The notes under the pieces were generated by a model, which made no database searches, was not told the origin of the DNA, and worked only from the letters and a program-made list of their open reading frames with translations. A DNA stretch of 64,000 bases from Eledone cirrhosa. Lineage: Eukaryota. Positions 15,305-28,670 of this stretch are shown here, in pieces (position 1 is the first letter of the stretch; each line of letters starts with the position of its first letter). The stretch covers positions 264,182,001-264,246,000 of the forward strand of contig OZ024743.1 of NCBI GenBank assembly GCA_964016885.1. The letters are read 5' to 3'. The position numbers and the translations under genes are program-made.

Positions 15305-15899
15305 TATATATACATAGACATATGTCTGTGCGTGTGCATGTACATGTGTGTATGTTTATGTTCTGTTAAATTGCTTGTTACTGAGTATCTAAACATATAT
15401 ATTGCTGATTGCTTAGTTATTTAATAATGCAATATGATATGTTTCTACCATAAACTTTAGTGTCTCACCTCTATTATAACTTACTAATCTTGTTTTGTAA
15501 TCTTTGTTTTTAACATTATAATTATTCGTAACACTTGAAGAACCTATAAAAATATTTTTAATTATTTCTTTATCTTAGTTTTCCATCCTGTCATAATATA
15601 TTTTCTAACTTAATCTAATATCTATCTACTTTAATTGTCTCGTATGGTTCCATATTATAGTTTCATTTTTCAAATATTAAATAGCTTTTCTTGCATGATG
15701 TCAAAAATAAGCGTCAGTGTTTATAATTTTATTAAAGTTGTAGTCCTTCGTTCATACAACATTTCCCTTTGTGCTTGTTTGTCATCAGGTTAATGTTTTT
15801 ATCATTTACATTATTTCTGAATATGTACAATATTTGATGGTATTTTGTGATATTCAATATACATCATGTTCTTATAACGTAAAAAAGGTCTATCTTGTG

Positions 15900-16190
15900 A
15901 GTCGAACCCTGAGGCTCATCAGACCGGTGCTTATCTTGCTTTCCGTCGCACTAAATGATTCAGAGTACAAGAACCCACCCCCACCCCACACGCAAGGCCG
16001 GACGCCAGTCTATCACAGGGTTAAACTCCCAGCTATTGCGAGTAGTAATTTACAGGTGAGTATACTTGGTGCAACGGGAAATGAAGTGCTTTGCTCAAGA
16101 AAACAAAACACAATGCAGTCAAGGAATCGAACCCGCAACATCATGATCGTAAGTCCAACACAATTACTACTGGGTCACGCGACTCCAATC
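15900..16190 (-). mobile_element. tRNA-derived SINE (family 2)
   Basis: ggaatcgaaccc (reverse B box) and gtgctttgctcaagaaaac core, related to 56836-57062 and 58682-58900. Confidence 0.65.
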
Positions 16191-16764
16191 GTTATAAGAT
16201 AAGTAATTGTTGAATAATTATTTGTATTGAAACATTCGTAAATTTCTTAAATGATTTCAGAAATCTATTCTATCATCTTAATTTCATATATATACTAGAC
16301 AAATCCAGTTCATCTCCTTTGGAGAATGCTTTCAGTAGTTGGTTTATTATTTAGAATATGGAAATGAAATCAAGAAGTTGAAATCGATTATTGTGGTTGC
16401 CAGAAGAAGGGAGGGGAGGGGCTGATACAAACAATTGTAAAATTATTTAGTGAACTAAAATAAAAAAAATCCCTTGACACACACACAAACGCGCGCGCGT
16501 GCTCACATGCACAAACCACACACTTACACCCCCCCCCACATACACATATATGTAGATGGATAGATAGATCGATAGATAAAGAAAGAGTAATACATACAGG
16601 TACAAATCAATGTGTGTGTAATGTAGAAGCTATGGTTTATTTTGCTGTCATATCTAGCAAGCCACGTTACCAGAACAAAGCTCTTTGCGCCGTGTACAAC
16701 AGACCGATAGATAAAAAGCAAACCGCAATCACTTTAACAGATGTATACACACACACACGCACAC

Positions 16765-16828
<64 letters not shown>

Positions 16829-18458
16829 ACATAGTATAATAACTACGACGTTACAGTTCTCTGTCTATCTAATCTCTTTCTATAACTCTCTCACTATCTC
16901 TCTATCTATTCCTCTCACAAATGGACTGACACACGGAAGAATGGACATGATTTGACTTTTATTTATATAGCTTTAATATATACGATCGGCTTCTATGCAG
17001 CTCCATCAATGAAATGTTTCACACATGGCATTGGCCAAAAAGAGAGATGACAGTAGATATCTGCCCACTGTGCCACGCATTGCAACTGAACATGAACGTG
17101 CATGGTGGGGCAGTCAACTCCTTCACAAAACCACCATGTTTGTGCGTATGTGTTTTTTTTTTTCAATATGATAAACATATTTATGTAACCAAAGACTGTT
17201 TGAATATGTCCCCATGGCTGATTTAAATTCAGCAATTTACTAAAACGGGATCGATATATTACGTACAAATTTAGATATAATTAACTAAAGTATTTAAAAA
17301 CGGTACACTTGCATGGTCGTATTCCAATGGTAGAAACAAGACAAAGAAAAAACAAAAATCACAAACATTTAAACAAATCTTCTAAATCAACTCATGTTTT
17401 ATACTGCATCGGCGATGGCACAGCCAAAGTTTAAGAGATAGAGAATTCTCTACAAATGTTCTATTTAAGATTTTGGTATTTGGTTTCTGTGACCTCAGAA
17501 ATTGACAAATGATCAGCAGCGCCCGCACTTGACTTGACATAGTTCTTCACATGAATTGTATCACAAGTTCAAACACCACTTTTTAAGTTTTGTCATATTT
17601 ATTTCTCTCCCTCTTCTCTTTTTCCACTCCTCTGCTCCCCCTCACTCTCCCTCCCTCTCATCTTGTACTTCTCTGCTCACATCTTTTTTCTCTCTTCCCT
17701 TCCCTCTTTCTATTGATCTTTTCAAAGCAGACGTGCCGCTATTATTTGCCAGTACATTTTTTTATACACGTTATAAATCACCAAAAAAAGCAATTAATTA
17801 ATACTCATCGTGAATAACTTAAGCATAAAAGGATTTTCATAGATTTATTTTTGTTTTATGCTTGTAATTAATTTTGTTGTTATATTTTGCTTACACCTCA
17901 CTACGCTTTCAATGCGTATTTACAAAATAAATTTCATAGAATCTTAAAAAAGATTAAAAAATGTTACATAAAAAAATTAAGAATGAGACTAAAAACAATG
18001 AATATTGCAAGAACTCCTGATAGAAGAAATACAAAAATGATGGTAGAAAACAGCACAAAAACAACGAAAGATACAAAATAAGACACACAAGAAAAAATAT
18101 AGAAGTAAAAACGCCACACCAATAAAATAAACAAACCATTGACCGTCTGAAATGTCTAATTTAATCTAAAAGTATTCAATAAAAGAATTGTCCAAGGCTT
18201 CCAATATAATAAGACAATGAAAATCCTGCAATGACAATATAAGCGAAATAATTGTGAGTTCCAAATTGATTTTCATCAATGAAGAACATCCGTTTGAGAT
18301 ATACTGCTTCGAAGGCGAATTAACTTGACAAATGAATAAAATTTTCTCGAACGATTGAACAATTATATATATTTGAATATAAAAAACAAAACCTGAAATA
18401 AAAAAAAAGTTACCAAATAACAGTATTGAACGAGAAAGTATCTCCTTTATTAGCAGTA

Positions 18459-18496
<38 letters not shown>

Positions 18497-18795
18497 TACA
18501 CACACACATATACATATGTATTGTACTTCTATTCTCATCCTAAATTGACTGCGGGCTCTCAAGAGTTACCTCCCTCGTAACTTACACGATTTTTTTTTAA
18601 ATAACACTTTTTTCTATACATTTTTCATTTTTTAAATTATCCGCCCTTGCGGAAACTCATTTTTGTTTCCCCACAGGAAAAACACAATCAACCATAGGAG
18701 GCCATCTTTGTTTTTATTTTTCTCATGACAGGCTGAATGAATTGGGGCCTAGAATCCAACGAATCTTGAGTACCTGTTTATGTCACTGTTGTAAT

Positions 18796-18842
<47 letters not shown>

Positions 18843-19005
18843 AAATTTTCGCTCTACATGGCTGAATACAATAAATGTAATCTGAATTTTTCGAATATTA
18901 ATAACATTCCATTCGTTTGCAATTATGCAAACAAACCTCAATTTTATAGCCATGTGAGTAGAATGAACACTTCTTTCTTGATATTGTGTTGGCATGTGAA
19001 CAGAA

Positions 19006-19049
19006 CTGCAGACACTAATGTTTCTGGGTATTACCCTTCATCAGTACAG
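19006..19049 (-). ncRNA. Type I hammerhead ribozyme (family A)
   Basis: CTGTA-CTGATGA-aGGGTaatACCCa-GAAA-CAttagTG-TC^TGCAG on the minus strand. Confidence 0.85.
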
Positions 19050-19061
19050 CTCTCTGTTCGC

Positions 19062-19203
19062 CTGCCATACTGTTAGAGCGAGTGAAAATATATGCTATTT
19101 TCAAAAATACACAGTGACTGATCGGCCTGATTTGCATATTAGCAGGCCGCCTGATGAGTCAAATCTGCATATTAGCAGATCCACTGATCAGCCAGATTTG
19201 CAT
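19062..19203 (-). promoter_or_regulatory. Putative compact snRNA/U6-type promoter of family A
   Basis: Three 33-bp subrepeats, two with a perfect octamer (19130-19137, 19196-19203). On minus: TCACTGTG from 19117, TATAT from 19092, GGCAG from 19066, HHR core at 19044. Confidence 0.55.
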
Positions 19204-19340
19204 ATCAGCAGACGGGCCACCCAGTTTCCTGTATACGAGTGTTAAATGGCCGGGTTTGCCAAATTGAAATAAAAAAGAAAATGTTCACTCTACATGGCTG
19301 AATACAATAAATGTAATCTGAGTTTTTTGAATATTAATAA

Positions 19341-19460
19341 TTGTTTCTACTTTAGGCACAAGGCCAGCAATAACCCAGTGCATTACTGGTACTTTTATTT
19401 TATCGACCCCGTAATTATGAAAGGCAAAGTCAACCTCGGCGGGATTTGAACTCAGACCCT
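19341..19460 (-). mobile_element. SINE family 1 (5'-truncated) inserted in family A unit 2
   Basis: Reverse match to the SINE 3' half, with flanking taataa duplication. Confidence 0.8.
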
Positions 19461-19738
19461 AATAACATTCGATTCGTTTGAAATTATGCAAAGAAGCCTC
19501 AATTGTATAGCTATGTCAGTAGAATGAACACTTCATTTTTGCTCTTGTGTTGGCTTGTCAACAGAACTGCAGACACTAATATTTCTGGGTATCACTGTTC
19601 ACCTGCCAAACTGTCAGAGCTAGTGAAAATATCTTCTAAATAAAACTCAGATTACATTCATTGTATTCAGCCATGAAATGCGAACATTTATAGCATATAT
19701 TTTCACTAGCTCTGACAGTTTGGCAGGTGAACAGTGAG

Positions 19739-19782
19739 CTGTACTGATGAAGGGTGATAGCCAGAAACATTAGTGTCTGCAG
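19739..19782 (+). ncRNA. Type I hammerhead ribozyme (family A, inverted arm)
   Basis: CTGTA-CTGATGA-agggtgatagcca-GAAA-CAttagTG-TC^TGCAG, with one stem II mismatch. Confidence 0.8.
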
Positions 19783-19988
19783 GTCTGTTCACATGCCAAT
19801 ACCAGAGCAAGAATGAAGGGTTCATTCTACTGACATGGCTATACAATTGAGGCTTGTTTGCATAATTGCAAACGAATCGAATGTTATTATTAATATTCGA
19901 AAAAACTCAGATTACATTTATATATAATATATATATATATATATGTGTGTGTGCGTAATTTTATTTATATATATAAATATAATTACAA

Positions 19989-20054
<66 letters not shown>

Positions 20055-20059
<5 letters not shown>

Positions 20060-20240
20060 CACAGGTAAGACCCCGACGGCTGAGCTCAAGCCGTTTCGAC
20101 GTCCAGAATTGGCCGTCGAAACGGCTTGAGCTCAGCCGTCGGGGTCTTACTTGTTCCTATTACCCACTCTACTACCCTAAGTATTGAGTACTTTGGTGCG
20201 TTATGGTCCACCTGGTTCCTTACCACATTTCCTTCGTTAT
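20055..20240 (+). mobile_element. HHR-tail element family D, fold-back copy 2
   Basis: Hairpin 20055-20160. Right arm GAAA-CGGCT-tgagctc-AGCCG-TC^GGGG is the 3' half of an HHR. (TA)n on both sides. Confidence 0.75.
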
Positions 20241-20759
20241 ATATATATATATATATACACGTGTGTTTGTGTGCGGCCGGAATGAAAAATCTAAGAAAGG
20301 ACACTCTCTGAGATTGTTGACCTCCTTTAAAATATCCAAAATCATTCTAACTAAACCCACTATAACATGAGTATGGTTATAAATGGTAGTTTCCACTAAT
20401 TTCTTTCAATTAGGACTCTTATATCTTTGTTCATTCTGTCTTGATATAATATAAAGAAAATATAGCAGTTCAATATATATAAGTGTGAGTCGAGGTGGAA
20501 GACGTAATTCTGCGTACATGTGTGTGTTTGTGTGCGTCTGTGGAGAGATATTGTATATATCAGCAACCTATATAGTTGCTATCCCAATGATAAATGATCG
20601 GACAGTGGATAACACACGCCGGCGTGCTGAACGCCTAGGGTAAGATGCGTCATGTTCCGCAAACAGAACGTAGAAGATAGTGTGGGAGATGCGTTAAAAA
20701 AACCATTCCAACTCGTGGGCTCACTCGGCCAGGTTGGCTGAAGCGCCCCGATAGTAGAA

Positions 20760-21175
20760 TATAGGAAGGGGGGGGGGTAAAAATGTAAAATTCGTCAGAG
20801 CTATAGGTTTATTTACAAACCCATCGCAGTATCGATCGATAGTGAGGGTATTGCGTTTGCCAAGTATTGCGATGGTGTTTACTGGCAGAGCAGAAACATG
20901 CAATTCTGTGTTGGTCAGGCAGGTGGTCAAGGCTCTCGAAAGTCAAAGTTCGCTGAATGTTGTCCTATATGCATTTGGGGAATCGACGTCCACAATGTAG
21001 AGGAGAGATTCGACGATCGTAGAGTGGTGTTTGAGAATTTGACTTGTAAGGTGGCCTGTGGAATATTTCAGTTTTAGCACACATAGTCTAAAGAAAGTAA
21101 GGACGGTTGATGCAGAGAAAAACGCCTTTGAGAGTAACATACGATTTTCTAACACCGGAGTGCAGCTAGCCAACT
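20760..21175 (-). pseudogene. Possible Ty3/gypsy Gag relic
   Basis: HLTSQILKHHSTIVESL...DSPNAY weakly resembles the ITS..TKF..V.SL...P..PY segment of invertebrate gypsy Gag. By-eye similarity only. Confidence 0.25.
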
Positions 21176-21736
21176 TACCTTTCGATTCTGTTGTCTAGTT
21201 ATTTAATCCTCAATTCTGTTGGAAATGCTGGCAATTTTATTCTCACTGGCCTCCTGAATAGCATTTATGAAAAAGAGGCTCTATGATACATTAGATATTA
21301 TAGCTAGCTGGGAAAATGAAGCTGTAAGTTGACATCCATTCTGTAAATGCTCAATCTCCCCAACACAAATGAGATTCTATGCAATAGGACAGATTTTCAG
21401 ACAGCCTTGTACGCAATTTTGACTAGAATCCACGGTCTTCTATGTTTTGGATCTGCCTGCCAACTTAGCGCTGACTGGCTGATACTCAGCTAGACGACAA
21501 GTATGAGCGATCGTGATATTTGATTTCTAACAGCTTTTAATATATAGAACATTTATTATATTCCATATTATTTCTTGCGATGCAATACATCTGGTTGATC
21601 TTAGTCGCTTTCTGAATCATATCATTTTTCTTTCTACGATAGGTAGAATATCGATTGATATTTCGGAAGAAGCCGCATTTCCGAATCAGTGAGAGGTAGG
21701 GAATGGAAGAGAGAATGGGAGGGGTAGTGTAGAGTT

Positions 21737-21817
21737 GAAGAAGAAGAAGAAGAAGAAGAAGAAGAAGAAGAAGAAGAAGAAGAAGAAGAAGAAGAAGAAG
21801 AAGAAGAAGAAGAAGAA
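21737..21817 (+). repeat. (GAA)n microsatellite
   Basis: Pure GAA tract of about 80 bp. Confidence 0.95.
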
Positions 21818-21875
21818 GACAAACATGGAGATCCCTGTACCTTCATACAGAAACTTGTAATCAAAATATTAAATA

Positions 21876-22460
21876 CTAGCAGTGGTACCCGGCGTTGCAC
21901 GGGATAAGGTATTTTGGAACGCGGACCGCCAACAGACCTAATCGTGGAAAATATGTAAAGAAAATAAATCGAATGCTCTGATGCAATTAGTATTAGGTAT
22001 GCTTCTCCTACCACGTGGAGAAAATCGGCTTGGTGCTTTTGTACTTTAATAAAGTGGCATGAGTCAGCAGGACAGATGTCACCACTTATGTCAGACGGAA
22101 GTCTGCAATGCTTGAGCAAGGCATGACGTGCAATCGGACAGCATGTGGGGCCTTCTCGAAGGAGTCCACCGCACCTTAGTAAGTAAACGGAACTGGACAA
22201 ACGTTTACCAAACTGTGCGTATAATTTAACAAATTTAAAAAGGAATGGTGCAATAAAATGGGCCTCAAGGCGTGTCCGTGTTCACTGGCAGCCCTAAACG
22301 AAAGGGTCGCTATCAGTTATTTCGAGGGCCCTTAAAAGGGCATTGTAAGCTGTTCACTGACACTCCAGTAAGGAGGGTAACCATCAACGATTTCAAGTGG
22401 TGGCCCTAGAAAGGGCCATGTGAACGTTCACCTGTAGCCCTTAATAGTGACTTTGACTGC
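21876..22460 (-). mobile_element. Helitron (same 3' end as 13937-14394) with possible Pif1-helicase relic
   Basis: Minus-strand 3' end cccgtgcaacgccgggtaccactgCTAG|T shares about 110 bp with the other copy. GLLREG...RHALLKHCRLPSDI...CHFIKVQKHQADFL resembles the helicase region after motif I. 5' boundary uncertain. Confidence 0.65.
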
Positions 22461-22931
22461 GTTCTCCCTTAAATAAATATATGTACACACACATCCACCC
22501 ACACGCACACACATACACATACAAACACACATACACACACACACACACACATACCCCCTCCCACATATATATATATATATATATATATATCCCAGAAACC
22601 ATAGACAAAACTATAACCCTACTAACAAAAACCAAAGATCCCCGAACACAAGGCAGGACCTGATCCGCAGATCACAACCCACACAAAACCTATTCCAAAA
22701 CCGTAGACCCCTGCCCACACAGAGCCTGTTCCAAAACCGTAGATCCCAACCCACACAAAGGAACCAAATCTACAACCAGGACTATCAACAAACCGAACCT
22801 CAATACGTCCGAAACTTCTATACAAGACCACACAACAACAGAGGAAATACCATTAGATATAATAATACCAATGAAAAAACATTCCAGAAAAATCATTTTT
22901 TAGACCAAGGCTACAGGACTCACGACACCCG

Positions 22932-25201
22932 GTGGCACAAACCGATTTTGAAAAACCGAAAATAATTAACATTTCAAATACAAACCTCTCAGCCCAACAA
23001 GTAAAAATTCTCTCCAAAGGTCTGCAATTCACACCAACACCACAATACCCTAACCCCAACGAGATAAATGACGATATCTCACACTTCTGTAGAAAATTAC
23101 GTCTCACAGAGGAATTCTTTGACAAGGAGAATAACGACGAATCAATTGTACGGAATAAAAGCAGCTACAACCCAACAAAAGGTAGAAACAGAGTTCTGGA
23201 CAAATTTTGTGACCACATAGCTACCTTCCCATACCATGAACTACCGCAACCTAAACCCAAACCCAACACAAGTCGAAGGGAATGGGAGATTATCCATGAA
23301 CTAAAAAACAATACGGACATTGTAATTAAGGAAGCGGACAAGGGAAGTACTGTTGTCATTATGGAGGCTGAAAAATATAAAAATTCTATGTTCTCTCTCT
23401 TACAAAATACTAATTACTATGAAAGAGTAAAAAAACTACCAGCAATCAAAAATAATGACCAAATTAAACACACTGATTTATCGATACCAGGAAGACCTAA
23501 CTAAAAAGGAACGCGATTATTTAACAAATTTTGAATACAAAACCAGCAACCTTAACGGACTTCCGAAGATCCACAAATGTAAAATAATCAACGATGCCTG
23601 TAAACAATCCACCTCAGCCTGCGTGAACACACAATACCCCACAGACCTTAAATTAAGACCAATTGTAGCGGGCCCACAATGTGAAACACACAGATTGAGC
23701 AACTTTATAGACATACTACTGAAACCAATACTGAAACACATACCAAGCCTTGTAAGAGACGATCTGGACCTCTTAAACCACCTCCCCAAACATGTCAACA
23801 ACGACACTATTATTGTGTCTTTCGATGTAGTGAATCTCTACACAACGATCCCACACCAATACGGACTAGAAGCAATAGGATTCTGGCTAGAGAAATATCC
23901 CAATGAGATACCTGACAGAATAGAAAAAAGCTTCATCACCGAGGGATTAAAATTCATCCTACAGAACAACTTTTTTGATTTCGATGGCAATACTTACAAG
24001 CAAATATCGGGGACTGCGATGGGTACAAAAGCCGCTCCAACTTATGCCAACTTAGTCATGGCATACTTAGAAGTCCAGATATATGAACAGTCCAAATCAA
24101 AATACGGATTGAACTTCCACAAATATTTATCAGAGAATTGGAAACGCTACTTGGATGATTGCCTCATTCTTTGGTCCCACACACTCGACCAACTGAAGGA
24201 TTTCAAAAACTTAATAAACGGCATCAATAACCACATCCAATTCCCAATGGAATTCAGCCAAGATCAACTCCCATTTCTGGACATCTTAATCACAAAAAAA
24301 GACACAAATATCGAAACTGACATATACTACAAACCAACAGATTCCAAACAATATCTGCTATTCACCTCCAACCATCCAAAGCACATGAAGACGAACATTC
24401 CTTTTAACCTAGCAAGAAGAATTTGCACAATTGTCTCCAATTATGAAACGCGAAATAAAAGACTTCAAGAATTAAAGGAAATTCTACTCGAGAGAGAGTA
24501 CCCACTATTACTAATAAATAATGGAATAGAAAGGGCTAAAGCAATAGGCATTGATGAATTACGGAAACAGAAACAAATTCAAGGTACGTCCAATATTCTA
24601 TCATATATCTCAACACACAACCCAAGAAATGCGGAAGCTTACAACACTATTCACAATAACATCCCACTACTAAAACAAAACCCAAGAATGAAAAAAGCCC
24701 TTGAAAGACAAAATAATCAAAAGCAAAAGACAACCAAAATCACTGAAAACATTACTCACCAATGCCAAATTACCTACCACAAACCCACAACCAAGTATCA
24801 AAAAATGTGGTCGCTCTAATTGTGGAACCTGCACTCACCTCATTGAAGGCAACACGTATACATTTAAATCAGGACGAAATTTTACTGTAAAAAATCACTT
24901 CACTTGCTCATCAAAAAATCTACTTTATGCCATTAAATGTAAAGGATGCAATGAAGATTATATAGGACAAACTAAACTCACACTCAGAAACAGAATGACA
25001 GTTCATCGCCAACAATTATGAGATCCAACCACGAGACAGATACCACTAAGTGCATATCTAGACATTTGCGCAAGTAATAAGACACCCAAATTCCAAGTCT
25101 TCCCATTTTACCTTTGCGCTAACATTACAACAGAACAAATGCGAATAAATAAGGAAAATATGTTTATTCAAAAATATAGACCAACATTAAATAAGGTTTA
25201 A
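22932..25201 (+). pseudogene. PLE reverse transcriptase/GIY-YIG endonuclease, disrupted
   Basis: IINIS...LSKGLQFTPT, EADKG, LPKIHK, LRPIV, SFDVVNLYTTIP, QISGTAMGT, RYLDD, LPFLD, YYKPT, CGRSNCGTC linker, NLLYAIKC..C..YIGQT. Frameshifts near 23440 and 24705 and a stop at 25019. Confidence 0.92.
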
Positions 25202-25411
25202 TATACATTATGTCAACACCACAATATGACATACACACACACACATAACACCTTCTACTTTGGAAAATAAAAACCCGAACTAAATAAACCTTAACATACG
25301 TTTGCACTGGCAATACAACAGCAAACACGAAAAAGTAAGGAAAATATGTTCATTCAAAAATATTCCTACTAAAGGAATCACTTTCCTACACACACACATA
25401 CACACACACAC

Positions 25412-25446
<35 letters not shown>

Positions 25447-26245
25447 TCTTCATCTTAACATGCTAACCATACTCCCACACACATAACACCCATACACACA
25501 CATAACAACCCCCGCACCTACAACTCCCTCCCCATTTCTCTCTAATAGAACCACTTTCCTACACACATATATATATACACACACACACGAAATATATATT
25601 CTCTCCATCTTAACATACTCGCACACACACACATAACACCCATATACACACACACACAACTCCCTCCCCCATCTTTACTAATAGAATCATCCTCCAATAC
25701 ACACATACACACACACACACATACACATACACACACAAGCACACAAATAAACATACATATCTTCACTTCAATAGAAAATCTGAACTCTGACACCCCGGCG
25801 AGCTGGCCATATTCACTGAACTAGAACATTTCTCCCAATCCCTTTTCTCTTGACCACTATCTCTCCATTGTCATAATATTCACTATAAAGACTACAGAAT
25901 AGTTTTCCAAATAAGGGCGCAAAAATGTAATGAAAACTTGTTCACGTGACAGCCAAATTTCATTTATAACCAACCAAAAAAAAGCCTTCGTGAGCCTCCT
26001 TTTTTCAAGTAAAAAGAAATTCAAACACTCATATATGAAAAAAACAACCTGTGACAACCCCTCCTCTCTTATTTGAAGAACTATTGTAACGCGAACTGGC
26101 GCGAAATTTATTATAATTATTGACAAACCAATCAAATTACTTCTCGAAAAACCTGGCATTTCGAGCCACTTTTTCCATATAAAACAAGTAACATTCAGAG
26201 ACCAACCAGATGTGAGAAAAACCACAGACCCTCCATCTCAACTCA

Positions 26246-26283
26246 CCTTTTGAAAAGCAGAAGAACTGCGAAACCGGTAAAGG
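26246..26283 (+). ncRNA. Minimal type I hammerhead with U3-A8 core variant
   Basis: CCTT-TTGAAAA-GCAG-aagaa-CTGC-GAAA-CCGG-TA^AAGG, with palindromic stem III ACCGGT. Confidence 0.8.
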
Positions 26284-26413
26284 AACCAAATAAATATATA
26301 TATTTTAAAAAAAATAAGACTCCAGTTGCATTTTCGATTTCATCTCTTTTTCTTTATACTTTCACTCGTGTAGGACACTTCGGTTATTTTTCATTTTGTA
26401 AAAAAAACCTCAC

Positions 26414-26492
<79 letters not shown>

Positions 26493-27958
26493 CATAAGCA
26501 TGGCATGTATCAGCCGCACCAATTCTAAATAACAAATGTCACTCATGACTTTTATCATCTTAGTGTAAAACAATATGCAGTGGAATTGAAAACCCGAAAT
26601 CACCTGGTTAAAAAGATCATTTTGACTTTAACACCCTTCCCACTATTTTTTTATATGTACCACAACAACTTTCCATTGATCGGAACTGAAATCGTGTGGT
26701 AATCCACTCCGTTCATAAACTGTCTGTTTTTAGTTATTGAAACTTCATTGCCCACACTTAGATATTAATAAACAATCGCCATAAAACATTATTCTGATGA
26801 TTAGAGTCTTCAGAACCCACTGACTATTAGGTTTTCTTAATATTTCTTTCCAGAATGGCTAACTGTTTACCTACATTTTCATTTGCTTCATATTACTATA
26901 TTTCAACGATAACAAGAATTTATTTTCAATGTATAATTTCCAATACGATATTTGAAACATAAAGAACAGACAGTTGAAAAGAAAAGTAGCCTTCTTAAAT
27001 TTCATATAGGTAATTAGCGCGGACTCTTCACATATACATACATACACGCACACAGCCACTCACTTTCTTGGTCTCTCACTCTCTCTTCCTCTCTCCACAT
27101 ACTTCTTGACTTTCCTTGTCCCTACACTTCTATTTCTTTCCCTTTCTGTCTCTCCGTCACTCTATTCCTATATATCAGTCTGTTTGCTAAACTCAACTTT
27201 TACTATCTACCATTATTTTCCCCTTTACATCACTTATAAATCATATTTCTTTACATTACTTATAAATAATATTTTCAATAAATATTTTGTATTCTTATTT
27301 CTTTGTTTGTCATTTGCTTCCTTTAAGTAAACAACAAATTCATATATTTTCTTTGTATTTCCGTTTCTCGGAAGCAATGTTTCTGTTTTCTTAATTTGAA
27401 ACAAAACGAAATCTGTTATTAAGAAACCTAACTACAGATGAAAGGGAGGTTGGAAGTGGAGAAATAAAAGACTATATAAGGTAACTATATATAAAAAGAC
27501 TACCAAATATGGCAACGTCACAACAATACCAATAATAATGATAACGATAATAATAATTATTTCTAATTTAGGCACAAGTCCTCCAATTTCGATTAGAATA
27601 GATCATCCGTTATATTGGCCCCATTACTTTACTGGTAATTTATTTGATGCATACTGGAAGCATGAAAGGCAAAGATGACCTCGTATAAGATAATAGCGTA
27701 GTTGATGTAGGGATGTTATAGGGCGGGGCTATGAAATTGTGGTGCTTCGAGTTATAAATACTTCTAAACAACACCCATCAAAGCATATCAACTGACATCA
27801 AATGTGATATTTAATTTTTGTTGATCAAATTATTATTTTTTTTCTCTCGCTGTTATGAATAGTAATCTGATAAATGCTGATATTTAGCTGTAGGGCAATC
27901 TAATATTTTTATCAATGCATCACATAATCTTAAATAACAATATTTATATGTTTTGTAG

Positions 27959-27991
27959 GAGTTAAACCTATTGATAATTTCCTTTGTGATG
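27959..27991 (+). other. Candidate 33-nt micro-exon
   Basis: tgttttgtag|GAGTTAAACC...TGTGATG|gtaagc. Symmetric phase 1 and open (VKPIDNFLCD). Confidence 0.3.
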
Positions 27992-28509
27992 GTAAGCATA
28001 CTACTGTGTTTTATTTTTTTAGGTAGAGCGTTGTGAATTACTCCCAGTAAAACATTTGGGAGACTATTGATAACTGTTTGACAAATATCACCTGCATGAT
28101 TATTATGGGAGTCTCTATGGGTTGTTGCTTGAGCAAATATAAATTGTAATTAAACCTTCTGTACATCACAGTCTATCGTCTTAAATAAGTAAAGGTGTCA
28201 AGAAATAATGTATTCATAATCAGCTCTAAAATCAGGATGGTTACAGCAGTGGTTTTGTTTTATTTTGGGGTTAAACAATAACACTTTAATATACGCTCAT
28301 TTGTGTGTTGATAAGTTTGCTAGATTATAAAACTGCGCTGATAATGTATGGTCCCCTAACTAATATAGTCGTAGGGCACCATATTGACATACGGCGTTTC
28401 TTGGGCATTTTAAACCTGACCGAGCCCACCCCTCTCCAGGCCTGAGCACAGCAGATTTCTTCCAGAGAAAGATAGAAAGTGTGAGCGAGGAAATAAGAGA
28501 TACAGAGCA

Positions 28510-28670
28510 AAAATCGACCCCAGTACTAGACTGGTACTTTTTTATCGACCTCGAAATCATGAAAGACAAAGGTGACCTCGGTGGGATTTGAACTCAAAGA
28601 GTAAACAGCCGGAACGAATACCATAAAGCATTCTATTCAAAGTTCTAACGATTCTGCCAATTCGCCGCCT
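28510..28670 (-). mobile_element. SINE family 1 (diverged)
   Basis: atcgaccccagtactagactggtac...ggtgggatttgaactc. Confidence 0.7.

Larger units (their letters stand above)
18837..19921. mobile_element. Family A: tandem of about 1.8 units (period 436 nt) plus inverted arm
   Basis: ctctacatggctgaatacaataaatgtaatctg recurs at 18852 and 19288. Unit 2 is interrupted by a SINE and lacks the HHR core. 19637-19921 is inverted. Flanked by (TA)n. Confidence 0.8.
22591..26420 (+). mobile_element. Penelope-like retroelement, Neptune-type, near full length, in (TA)n
   Basis: RT plus Cys linker plus GIY-YIG ORF, long (CA)-rich 3' UTR, terminal HHR, and (TA)n on both sides. Confidence 0.92.

Noticed and set aside
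19118-19216. 33-bp repeats as a CRISPR-like array or coding repeat
   Set aside because: Contiguous tandem repeats without spacers, in eukaryotic context with no cas genes. The overlapping ORF is incidental.
23455-24819. Intact active RT gene
   Set aside because: The ORF is bounded by frameshifts and the endonuclease part has an in-frame stop. Sequencing error in A-runs cannot be fully excluded.
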